From Piromyces finnis finn (lineage: Eukaryota > Fungi > Neocallimastigomycota): 64,000 nt of DNA. The position numbers and the translations under genes were made by a program. Positions 22,901 to 33,000 of the stretch are shown piece after piece. The stretch's first letter is position 1. Each line of letters starts with the position of its first letter. Below the pieces are notes generated by a model. The model worked only from the letters and a program-made list of their open reading frames with translations. It did not search any database and was not told where the DNA came from. The DNA is taken from NCBI GenBank assembly GCA_002104945.1, contig MCFH01000037.1:372001-436000 (forward strand). Direction: 5' to 3'.

Positions 22901-23966
22901 CACAACTCAATCCAATAGATTCATATTGATGGGGAAGTTTATCTAAATATTTTTTTGTTATAATACTTAAGTTGCTACAGGAATCAACTAATAATTTACC
23001 TGGTACCCCATCAACCGTTGCATCTACCATAGCGATATCTTCTTCTGATACTTCTTTACTTTTGCTTACATACGAATGATCTACATTATTTACTAATACC
23101 GAAGTAGCATTAAAATTCTCCAGAGCTCCCACAATTTTTGTGTTGTTCTTTTCCAGTTTAAGACCTTGTGACACTTGCGTTCGTAACTTTGGAGCCGAGT
23201 TAAGTAATTGACCAAAAGTAATATTGCATTTTGTTTCGTTAAGATCTTTAACTACATTATATTCTTCCGTATCTGCTATCATTTGAATATTTCTAGCAGT
23301 TTTCTTAACCTTCGATTCTGCAGGTTTTTCTTTCTTTTGCTTTTTCATTAATTTATTTAGAGTTGAATTAGAAGTAGATTTGGTTGATTCACTTGTGTTA
23401 TCTTTCTCTACCACCTTAGCACCTTTCTTATCTGTAATTGCAGATAACATTTCTTCTTCATCATAGTCGATAATAATAGGATCTTCCTTAGAACTTGCCA
23501 ATTCATTCTTTTCTTCTTCCTTTTGTTCACTACTACTAGCACGCTCTTTATCCCGAAGTTTTCTTTCTTTTAGTTTTTGTTCTCTGATATTCGGTTGAGC
23601 AATAATAGAAGGATGCAGTTGCTTAGGAGAAACATCTATTGGTATATTTTCTAATTCTTGTGCTTTACGTTTCCTAAGAGCAGGTGTAAGAATAGGTCTA
23701 GGATCATTTTTCAAGTTTTTGTGAAGTCGTTTTTCTTTATTATCATCTTGTTCTTTGCTTATTTTATCCAACTTCCTTTTATTAGCACATACAAAGAACT
23801 GTTCATTAATATCAGTATCTTCAAAGTCACTTTCGATTTCTTCATCATATTCTTCTTTCGACCAATCACTCTGGCTTGTTGTTTCTTCACTTGGCATTGA
23901 CTGATACTGAGCTGAAGCTATTTTATTGACGATGGGAGTGCTTCTTCTCCCACTTAATGATTTAAA
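19911..23966 (-). CDS. Pol polyprotein of element B (PR-RT-RNase H-integrase), expressed by -1 frameshift from gag
   Basis: PR LLVDSCSN; RT WSSPVVLVPK..WRMCVDYR, DLYSGYHQI, MPFGLTGAPATFQ, FIDDILIY; RH TDASYEGIGGVL, YTDHKPL; IN H-H-C-C, LDIIGP, TDNGVQF, SNGLTENRN and a GPY/F-like module, with no chromodomain. The domain order is gypsy-type. The frame is open upstream of ATG 23897 to the slippery site. Confidence 0.97.
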   Translation of the reverse strand, partial: FKSLSGRRSTPIVNKIASAQYQSMPSEETTSQSDWSKEEYDEEIESDFEDTDINEQFFVCANKRKLDKISKEQDDNKEKRLHKNLKNDPRPILTPALRKRKAQELENIPIDVSPKQLHPSIIAQPNIREQKLKERKLRDKERASSSEQKEEEKNELASSKEDPIIIDYDEEEMLSAITDKKGAKVVEKDNTSESTKSTSNSTLNKLMKKQKKEKPAESKVKKTARNIQMIADTEEYNVVKDLNETKCNITFGQLLNSAPKLRTQVSQGLKLEKNNTKIVGALENFNATSVLVNNVDHSYVSKSKEVSEEDIAMVDATVDGVPGKLLVDSCSNLSIITKKYLDKLPHQYESIGLSCGRIRLATKNDDYSEGIIIRVPVQINDLTITADFRVVDKEDPFYDMLINLKTQMDNNLFIHPLRYSLCRFNSNGFIEDIAPINNKYDDEEKIMCMIRRVGDEDFKSDLKNIEGLPPSEYIHNKNFTETLNEKYREQIVRILEENIEIIATSSEELTPSNLTPHKINLKPGAKPIKQRSYRLAKFKSDILKEELSKLINKKLIEPSYSEWSSPVVLVPKHNGKWRMCVDYRRVNDLSEKDAYSIPFIDEIFDSLHGATIFTTMDLYSGYHQILMDEESVELTSFTTKFGNYQFKVMPFGLTGAPATFQREMNRILFPLIGKCVYNFIDDILIYSKSIEEHIEHINQVLAIFRENKLKINIEKCHFMQTEVDVLGHRLTTEGLKPLDNKIQAIKNWKPPSNIHELRSFLGSIGYYRDFIPNYAKLTAPLCKLLRKGVPFKWCNEQQESFIILKEKLINAPILKFPDFEKEFIIRTDASYEGIGGVLLQKEGTDIEHPIHYISRSLTKAEKNYGITDLEGTALFYCITKLKPYIMGSPFKTIVYTDHKPLIGLFKNKEPNNARQTRWCLTASMLGVDIRYEQGKKNVVADALSRMRNDKDKEVLATKINKGIEETMLSKVIKEFVEEKFTKIDGVDYFIDGRNYRKLITETNEKLKLILEAHNIGHEGYYKTYQRLRKSYYWNDMVNDIRRVVAKCEKCQLNRPQPYPEPTENLPTEVEAPFTHLGLDIIGPLVKTRNNNQYIIVAVDHFTKWVEAEPTENITSKDVIKFLINVFSRHGVPQVITTDNGVQFTSDMTKVFLDLYDVYVKFVSTYHPESNGLTENRNREIGKLLRLLGTENKDWDEVLPSALWALRTTKNTVTNHSSFELVYGREDQQPFDIAARPTKGINQSSDEILLEKFINHYRWTLEACENIKNANKYWATRREEKQSMTKGKNIHIGDLVLVRNFNRTKLEPYFVGPLKVVKKQFNTVTLADISTGIQMNRNVHLKNIVKFNSAFA
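23932..23966 (-). promoter_or_regulatory. -1 ribosomal frameshift signal of element B
   Basis: T TTA AAT, a 6-nt spacer, then the stem GTGGGAG/CTCCCAT with an 8-nt loop; the -1 frame runs into pol. Confidence 0.82.
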
Positions 23967-24835
23967 TGATTATCATAATAACGCTTCTTGTTTCCTTCAA
24001 TAATGGCTTGAAGTTTTGGGCAATTTTGTTGATAATGACCAGGTTCACTACAGAAGAAACAAGCTTTAATAGTTAAATTCTTCATTTTCTTGACTAGGTT
24101 ATTCATTTCATCATCTTTATTAGGCTTTTTGGCTTCAGTAAAAGAAACTTTTCTCTTGTATGGTTGAAAATTATTATAACTTTTGGTTATTGCAGTAGTC
24201 GTTGGTAGATTACCATCATTATCTATTCTAGTAGATAACCTATCTACCTTCTCAGCTATCTTAAAGGCCTTTTCTAGAGTGATATCATCTTTTAAAGATA
24301 CTTTTCTCCATGCTTCTTTATTATTTTGTAAAGAATCTGCATAATCTAACACACTAATCTGCTTCTTCTTTTTCTTATCCAACTTTAAATATAAAGATCT
24401 ATATCTTCTATTGAAATCTTTAACTGATTCATTTCTTCTTATACGTAGTCTTCTTAGTTCCCGTAATAACATACTTTGATCTTCTTTTAACCCATAAAAT
24501 GTTTCAAGGGCATTGATAATTTTCCCAAGTGAGGGATAATCTTCTTCATTAGATTCATTTTTCTGATTCTCTTCTTCATTTTCACTTTCATATTCATCTT
24601 CACTATCACTGTCTTTATCTTCCAACTCTTGGATTACCTTTCTTGGTTCACCCTTAGAAGTAAGCACACATGCCATGTAAATTTTCTTGGCACTAGTGAT
24701 ATCTTGAAGTTCAATCCATAAACTTATTTCAGAAGCCCAGGATCTTATGTCCAAATTATCTTTGGAAAGTTTTTCTATATCCTTGAGTTCCTTCTTCAAC
24801 TCCTTGAAATCTATCCTTGTAGTAGAATTGCTCAT
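23954..24835 (-). CDS. Gag of element B (from ATG 24835, MSNSTTRIDF...)
   Basis: Zinc knuckle CFFCSEPGHYQQNC; LRIRRNESVKDFNRRYRSL capsid motif. The ORF-track start at 24895 is a TTG. Confidence 0.92.
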   Translation of the reverse strand: MSNSTTRIDFKELKKELKDIEKLSKDNLDIRSWASEISLWIELQDITSAKKIYMACVLTSKGEPRKVIQELEDKDSDSEDEYESENEEENQKNESNEEDYPSLGKIINALETFYGLKEDQSMLLRELRRLRIRRNESVKDFNRRYRSLYLKLDKKKKKQISVLDYADSLQNNKEAWRKVSLKDDITLEKAFKIAEKVDRLSTRIDNDGNLPTTTAITKSYNNFQPYKRKVSFTEAKKPNKDDEMNNLVKKMKNLTIKACFFCSEPGHYQQNCPKLQAIIEGNKKRYYDNHLNH

Positions 24836-24994
24836 TTTCTTGTATTTTCCTTGACCGAATTTATTGCAGTACAAGATGACACAGTATAGACTCAAAAATA
24901 CCTTTGATAGTCTAAAAAAAAATTATAAGTTCGAAATTCCTTTATCGACCACTTATTAGTTGTAACCAAGCTCGAAATTCCTTTATCGACCACT

Positions 24995-25296
24995 TGACAG
25001 AATGAGATACAAATAATCTAGCACAGCACGTACTACCAATTATTTATTTAAATTTTTAGTATCACTCCTTACTATCTTAGTTCAGTCAGAAAAGATGAAA
25101 TTATTACTTTTGTTTTCTGTTTTTCTTATAGTTAATTATTATTTGTTTTCAATTTACTAGCAAGAATTTTAATTTAATATTGTTATTACTGATTCAAGTT
25201 ACCGACCAAATTATATATAATAGACTATTAACTAAGAGTCTTTCGTCCAATGGTAAATGTTGCCGTCACCTTATTCACACGATCTAAGTTCCGTCA
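24995..25296 (-). repeat. Internal single LTR-like segment (LTR-C, ~300 bp) unrelated to LTR-A and LTR-B
   Basis: Imperfect terminal inverted repeat TGACGGAA...TTCTGTCA, internal TATATATAA and AATAAA, followed by AG-TGGT (the same junction as element A's LTR/PBS). A PPT-like AGGGGTGGTAGAAAG lies just upstream. The 5' boundary is uncertain (25268, 25296 or 25305). Confidence 0.6.
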
Positions 25297-26344
25297 CGTG
25301 CTTCAGGATCTTTCTACCACCCCTAGTATACCTCTGTTGATTAGTTAATAATGCTTGTCTATGCTGATATAACTTGTTTAACTTAAAACAGTAAGAAAAG
25401 AATATTTCAATTAGCAATATTAAATTACTCGAAGAGAATCAACAAAAAGAATAGATATATATATCTATATTTTTTTTTTTTTTTTTTTTTAATTAATTAT
25501 TTTTTAAAAACTTATTTCTTTTTATAAAAATATAAGCCAACCTATATAATGTTAAACCATCAAGTATTATAGGTTGTGTAATTCTAAGTGAAAATCCCTC
25601 GTAGCTCTTTGATGATAAGCCACAAATATACCCGATGGTTAATATTAAATATAATTTAATAAAAGGAAGTAACGTAATTAATTTCTTTATTATCACTAAC
25701 TTAATTAGCGGAAAGAAAATAATTGATTATCTTCCCCAATTATCAGGTATAATTGAACACCAAAGTATTACGTACAGCAGTTTAACTTGCCACGCTAAGG
25801 GTCACTTTCGAATTATTTATTTATATTTTAAAAAGAATAATTTTTAAAAATCGTTCAATTAAAAAAAAATATTTTTTTTTTTTTTTAAAAAAAATTATAA
25901 ATACTAAAATAATATTTAATTTATTAAAAATTTGAATTACAATAATAAGTATAGTAGAACAGCATTTCACAGCAATTTTCCAATACTTATTTAGGGTGCT
26001 TAAGTAGTTCACAATTGCCCAGCTTACCGTATTACCAGTGTCATGTAGCAATTATGCGAGGCACTTCTATTTCTCTAGCAAAATAGAAAGGTTCAGCGCT
26101 TTCCAGTATCCTACTGTGAAAGATAAACTAGACCTAAAAACTTAACCACTAATTCCTAAATAAGTACTGCTTCTAAAGCGTACTAATTCAGTTCTACTAA
26201 AATATTATACCTTAAAGCTTCAACAGTAATATAAATATTACCTATAACTTTGAAGGGTAATAAATTTTAAGAAATTTATATAATATTTTAGTAATATTTT
26301 AATATTACTTTATCCTATGTATTAATAATTTTTATTAATATTAT

Positions 26345-26362
26345 TCCCCGATATCTCCACCA
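26345..26362 (-). promoter_or_regulatory. 18-nt primer-binding site of element B (TGGTGGAGATATCGGGGA)
   Basis: Exact complement of the last 15 nt of the tRNA-Ala gene at 27091..27162 plus the non-templated CCA; 7 nt from the 5' LTR. Confidence 0.9.
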
Positions 26363-26369
26363 ATTTTTA

Positions 26370-27076
26370 TGTTACGGTTCGAGGAATTTACTTTTATTTA
26401 TAAAATATTAATAAATTTATTAATACTCAAAAATAATATTAAAATGAAATAAGAAAAATTGTTTTATTAATAAAATTGTTTTATTAAGATATTAATATAA
26501 AATTATAAAAATAAAATAAAAATAAAAATAAAAATATCTGTATATTCTCTAATTCTTATAATATACACCTTTTTATACTTTTTGTAAAAAATTAAGTAGT
26601 GTTAATTAAAAGAATTAGTCTTTAATTATTTACATTAATTTTAGTATTTAAATTACTTTTAAATGAATAATAAAATTACATTACTATTATAATAAATATT
26701 TATACATATTATTAAATTGATTAACATACATTAAAAGTTTACTTTAAATATATTTAACTAAAGAATTTTACTATTTTACAGAAATATTATTCATAATTTT
26801 AATTAATAAAAATTCATTAACTTGATAAATTAAACTAAAAGTTCAATAAACTATAATTTTCAATATATTATTATTACTAAATTAATTTTTAAGTTTAATA
26901 AAATAAAATTTAAGTTCAATAAAAATAATTATTAATAATTTTAAATATAATTTAAGTGTATACATTAATTTACAAATAAGAATATTGTAAAGTTTTCATA
27001 TATTTAGGAACAATAATGGATTAGGTCATAATCATTAATTATGACAAGAATAACATTATTTGTTGGTTCCTTAACA
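26370..27076 (-). repeat. 5' LTR of element B (707 bp)
   Basis: Direct repeat of 19181..19887; no differences seen by eye. Confidence 0.95.
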
Positions 27077-27090
27077 AAAAAAGTGTAGCT

Positions 27091-27162
27091 GGGGATATAA
27101 CTCAGTGGTAGAGTGCTTGCTTTGCATGCAAGAAGCCTCGGGTTCGATCCCCGATATCTCCA
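27091..27162 (+). tRNA. tRNA-Ala (anticodon TGC), intronless
   Basis: Full cloverleaf: acceptor GGGGATA/TATCTCC with G3:U70, D stem ACTC/GAGT, anticodon stem CTTGC/GCAAG with loop TT-TGC-AT, T arm TCGGG-TTCGATC-CCCGA, discriminator A. Confidence 0.97.
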
Positions 27163-27163
27163 A

Positions 27164-27168
27164 TTTTT
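27164..27168 (+). terminator. RNA polymerase III T5 terminator
   Basis: TTTTT begins one base after the tRNA discriminator. Confidence 0.8.
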
Positions 27169-28346
27169 GAAGTGCTTTTACAAAAACTTAATGTAGAAAA
27201 ATTAATATAATTAATTTTTTTGAAACACTACTACAAAAAAAAAAAAAAAAAAAAAAAAAAACAACTAATTATTATTAAAATGAAAATATTAATAACATAT
27301 TTAATTAAAATTCAAAATAAAACAAAAAATGATATCTATTCATTTTTAAAAATACTTTATAATCAATAATTTTATATGCTTAATATTTAATAATATATAT
27401 ACATAAAAGTCTATATATATAAATTACTTTTTTTTTTTTTAAAGAAGTATACAAAATATTAAAATATAACCCAACAAAAAATATTAATTTTTAGTATTTC
27501 TTCATTTTCTTTTAATATTATAAGCAAGTTTTTCAAATTTTATTTATATATATATATATAAATATATATATAGGTATGTTAATTAAAATAGTAGAAAAAG
27601 AAGTATACAAAATTTATAAAAAGATTAAACATTAAAAAATTATATATATTATTCAATAAAATGTATTATATTTACTTAATAATTGGATTAAAATAATAAA
27701 AAAAAAAGTTTCCTGCAAAAAAAAATAAAGGTTATAAAAGATGTTTTTAATATGAAAAATGTTGCATTTCTTTAATTATATTAGATGGTATATTTAAAGA
27801 AAGAGAGCATTTTTTCTTAAAAACATATATATAAATATATATATATTTACTTTTATTTCCCCTTTTATTCTTTTTCTTTTTTCTCATCCTTTTCCCTTTT
27901 TGTATTTTGTAAATTTAAAAATTAAAAAGATATATATTATTTTAAAAAAAAAAAAAAAAGGTATCATTAATGTTTAAAAAAAATCTAAAAAAATCTATAC
28001 ACACTATTTATAATTAATCTTATGATATCAATTTTTCTATGACAATTTTTTAAAAAAAATTATACCCATAGATTGAATGTAATTGAAAGTTTATGAGTTT
28101 TGTTTGGTTTGAAAACAAAAAGGTTGGGAAAACCTGTTATTTTCATCTCTATATATTCAGTTTCTTCTATAAATAGCTCGTAAATATATATAAATGAAAT
28201 CTATTTATTTAATGAAATCTTTAAAATAAATTAAAATAATTTATTTTAAAATGATTTCTCTATATTAATTTGATAGAAATTTTTTATTATTTGTTGTTGG
28301 GTTATTAAAAATTGAAAAATTTCCTATTTCTTTCCCTTTGTATTAA

Positions 28347-30029
28347 TTAATAGATTGGATAATTATTGGCTTCATCTCTCCACCAATTCTCAACACCCAT
28401 ATCAACAAAGTCTAATTTATCTGGAATATTTTGGAAATCCTCATTCAATGAAGTATAATCCAAAGTATTTAAATTAACTCCAAAACACATATCAGCTAAT
28501 TCTGGGCAAGTTAAAGAGTTAAAGATAGGACTGTGAAGATAGTAATTATATTGTTGTTTATCTAATTCTTCATTAATATAACAGCTGTAATTATGGTCTA
28601 TTCCATGATAATCGGATAAATAACTATTCTTATATCTTTCCAAAACATTTATGTCATCATCTTTATCATGTAAAGAAAGAATTTCTCTTTGAACAGGATT
28701 GGAATTCAACATTTCTATTGAGGTATTCATTTTTTCATTACTTTCAGAAAAATTATATTGATTTTCTTTCAATGGAGTTTTACTTTGAATATCATCATAA
28801 AGAGATACTGCTGACTTTGATATTTTAATAGTAGGTAAAGCATCATGATTATCTTCTTCAAATTCATATTCTTCATTTTCACTTTCTTCCTCTTCTGATT
28901 TTCCTTCATCTTCACTGAAAGATGCATCATCTTGTTGACATTTTACAGCTTCTATGGTATCATCTTCAACTTCTTCAAAATCCTCTTCTTCAATATCTTC
29001 TTCTTCATCTAATATTGGATGTTCTGGGAAAAGATCAAATGTAAAATCATAGTTCTTATGAGTATGAATTGAAAATTCTGGAGATTGAGGACTTGGTGGA
29101 TAGTCATCAAAATCGTCTTCATCTTCAGTCATTTCTTCCATAATCATACTTTCAGAATCTTCATCATCATATTTTTTATAATTATCTGAAAAATTACCTT
29201 CACGTTTAGTTAAAATTGGAGATGGAGTTGGTGATGCTGGAATTTGAGTGACATTAGTCTTTCTAGTTAAAGCCAATTTTTTTGACTTCTTATTTTTATT
29301 ATAGTTAGATTTTTCAGTGTATAACATATCGTCACTACTTTCAGATCTTTTTACTTTTTTTGGTCTAATAATAATTCTTTCACTGTAAAGCATATCATCT
29401 TCATCTTCATCCTCATATTCATATTCACTTTCACTTAAATCACTTTCTGAATAAGAATAAGAACTATACTTTCTCTTTGGTGGATTAGAACGTTTTGTAA
29501 CGACTGTAGTTGTTAATTTAGTTCCTACTTTCTTACTTAATAAGGTTTCAAATTTATGTCTTTGATCCTTAACAATAGTCCAGTAACAACCTTTTCCTGG
29601 ATCATTTTCAGCTCTTTGAACTTTACAGAAAGAATTATTTAATGATAAATTGTGACGAATAGAATTTTGCCATCCTGTTTCAGAAAGCTTATAGAATGGA
29701 TAATTAGTTGATATCCATTCATATATTTTATTTAATGGAAGTTTATAAGAAGGAACAGATATAATAGCTTGTGCTATAAGTTCTGCATATGAATATGGAG
29801 GTTTTTGTGTATTTTGAGCACCCTTCTTATTATCAAAAGACACTAATTTTGTCTTTTGGTTTTTCTTATCTAATTATTTTAATGTTTTAAATTCATTAGG
29901 AAAATCCATTTTTATCCTCATTTTTTTTAAAAAAATATTTAAATAATCAATTTTGATAATCCTGTCATTCTAATACTTACTATAACGTGATGACTTTACA
30001 CTTGAAAAATTCATTTTTCCAACTTCCAT
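28347..30029 (-). CDS. Forkhead-box transcription factor; 2 exons (30029-29981, 29869-28347)
   Basis: Forkhead domain [14 protein letters not shown]...[18 protein letters not shown]....[20 protein letters not shown]....PGKGCYW, followed by an acidic low-complexity C-terminus. A phase-1 GTAAGT..TAG intron (29980-29870) links a 49-nt first exon ([16 protein letters not shown]) in frame. Confidence 0.93.
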
Positions 30030-33000
30030 TAATAATTTTACTTTCTTTATACTATTTAACAAAAAAAAGAAAAATAATATTAATAATCTTTCTTTTTTGG
30101 TAATTCTTCATATATAAAGTTTTTTGTAGTTGTAAAAAAAAAAAAAAAAAAGAAAACATAATAAATTACTATTTTCCCTATATACTAAATATTTTTTTTT
30201 ACTATACTACATACTCCGACCTAAATATATATTATATAGTAATTTTTTTTAATAATAAAATTTAAACTATAATATACTTTAAAGTTTTAATAAAATTTTC
30301 CCTATATGTTATCTCTTTTATGAATATTATTTTAGTACATTTATTAAAAAGTATAAAGTTTATTTTCTTATTTTAATTATTTATTAGATAATTTTGAGAT
30401 ATTTATATAAAAACTTTATATATGAATAGAATAATGAACAAAATAAAAGGTATATTTACTTTTAATATTATTTAAAGTTTTATTAAATTGCCTATTTTAC
30501 AAGGTTTAACTAACCCTTTCTTTTATATATATATATATTTAATTTCTTTATCAAAAAGATGGTTGCTATTTTATATATATAATAAAAAACTATTAGAATT
30601 ATATTCACATTAATTATTTTATATATTATTAAATTAATATTTTTTATTATAATTTAAATGTTATACATATAAATTAAATAATGACTACTATACATTTTTT
30701 CTATTTGTTATAAAAACTTTTTCTATGTATTAAGGATATATACTTTTCTTTTTATTTGAAAGCTTTTTTTTCCTTTAAAAAATTTGTTTTTTAAATAAAA
30801 AAAAAGCTAATATTAATATATTACAATTTTTATACAATATATTTACACTTTATAGACAATAAAAAGAATAATAATAATATTTTTTTATATTAATATTCTT
30901 TTTGGTTTCGATAATAACTATGAGTATAATTTATTAAAAAAAAAAAAAAAGAAATTGTTTTTTTATTTTAAAAGATAGTAAGGTATTTTTAAAAGCAAAA
31001 GATAGTTTTATTAGGTATTTTATATAATCTTTAATTGAATATTTCAAAAATAATAAGTATATATTAATGCTTTAATAAAAAATGAAATTTTACTTTGTTA
31101 TTAATTATAAATATAATTACAATTAAATAACAAAATATTTTATTTACTATAATTTAAAAAAAAATTGCTTTTTAAAAAAAGAGGTTCTTTTTCTCGTATT
31201 TTATACTTTTCAAAAATGTTTTTTTATTCTCAATTTAATATAAAAGTTTTAAAAAAATACATTGTATTTAAATTTTTAAATTAAAATAAAAAATAAAAAA
31301 AAAAAAAAAAAAAAGAATAAAAATCTATTCTATTTCTTAATATATAAATAATTTAATTTAAGGCAATATAACTATTTTTTTCTATATTCATCAAAAGTAA
31401 AAACATAAAATGAATTTAATTGATTTAATGAATAATAAATACTACATATAATAAGTTAAATCAAACCATTTATTTTATTATATATAAAGGAAGGTGTTAT
31501 TATTTGAATAATTTAAAAGGAAATTTGATTATGTAATATATTAGTAATAAATATTTAGTATATATGGCAAATAATTCAAAATAATGAAATTTATATTAAA
31601 TGGTTTCTAGTTTCTTGATATATTCAAAACATATAATAATAATTTATTCAATAGTATATTACTGAAGTTTTAAAATAAATAAATGAAATTACTATGTATA
31701 TAAATTAAAATTAAATGATTAATTTTATAATTATTAATATAAAAAGTGTATACATTATAATTTTGTCATTCAATATTGTTTTATTACATTAAAATATATT
31801 ATAATATATAGCTAATATAATAATTTTAAATAATCACCTCCTAAAATATCACTCTACAATAATATATGGATCATGCATAAATCAAGTTCAAAATATAAAA
31901 AAAAAAGTCAAAAAACTTTATTATAAGCCAGAATAGTAGAAAATAATAAAGCCATGCATGGGATACAATAATTATTTCATATACATAGTAAAATTATTAA
32001 TATTAAATAGTATTGTTTTTACATTTCAATTTACATTGACTTCTCATAGTATTCAGAGTTCAGAGTATCTATAAGAAAAATATTTTTTTTCAATTCACTT
32101 TTTAATTTTATAATAAAATAATTAAATTTGTGCTCTTTTTTGTGTGATAGAATTCTATATTAATGTTGAATTTATACTTAATATATTGTTATTATATTTT
32201 AACTGTATTCATGTATATATAAATTTAATATTTATAATTTAATAACTAAATATTAGAATTTTTTGAATTGATATTAAATGTCTTTATTTATATAATTACT
32301 AAGGTTAAGCTTTTTTTTTTTTAATATAAAACTAATATATCTCATTTATAATATATAAAAAATTAAATTAATAAATAGTTACCATTTATTATATGATTAT
32401 TATAATAGATAAAATGAATTCCAATACCGAAAAATAAAAATATATATATATAATATTTACATTACTAGTAATAAAATAATTTATTAACCATAATATATCA
32501 TAATATATTTATTGAGAGAAATACAATTTTATAATTAATTTATATAATAAATTAGTTTTATTAGTAAAGAATATGGAATATTCAATTAAAAAAAGGTTAA
32601 ATGAATGAACAAGTATCACTCGATCTTTGAAAGGAATAGGAATATAACTACTAAATTAAGACTATAATATTACAGTAATAATACAGATTTTAGAGCCTTT
32701 TTTTAAGCTTAATTTAGTTTTTAGACTTAAGCTGGAATATATGGAGCCTATTTTAAATAAATACTATTTTATTAATTTCTATATTTCAATTTTTTTTTAA
32801 AAAAACTATTCACAAAAAAAGTTAAACATATAATTTTTTAACAAAAGCACAAAATATTAAAGAAATAATCTAGAATATTAAATCACATATAAAAAAAAAT
32901 TTATTTAATATGCCTAACACAGTTCTTACACATAAATTCAAACTCTATCTAGATTAAATATCAGCATTTCTCTTTTTTTTTTTTTTTTTTGTTCTATTTA

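Larger units (their letters stand above)
19181..27076 (-). mobile_element. LTR retrotransposon B (Ty3/gypsy, full gag-pol, 7,896 bp), with an internal foreign LTR-like segment
   Basis: Two 707-bp LTRs (TGTTA...TAACA) that appear identical, an 18-nt tRNA-Ala PBS, and an uninterrupted PR-RT-RH-IN pol; flanked by A-runs. Confidence 0.96.

Noticed and set aside
25493-26051. Short ORFs in the leader of element B as accessory or env-like genes
   Set aside because: Only 67-76 aa, compositionally driven by A/T runs, with no motifs.
26345-26368. Truncated second tRNA-Ala gene (3' end followed by ATTTTT)
   Set aside because: It includes the non-templated CCA, matches for exactly 18 nt and lies next to the LTR, so it is better explained as a PBS.
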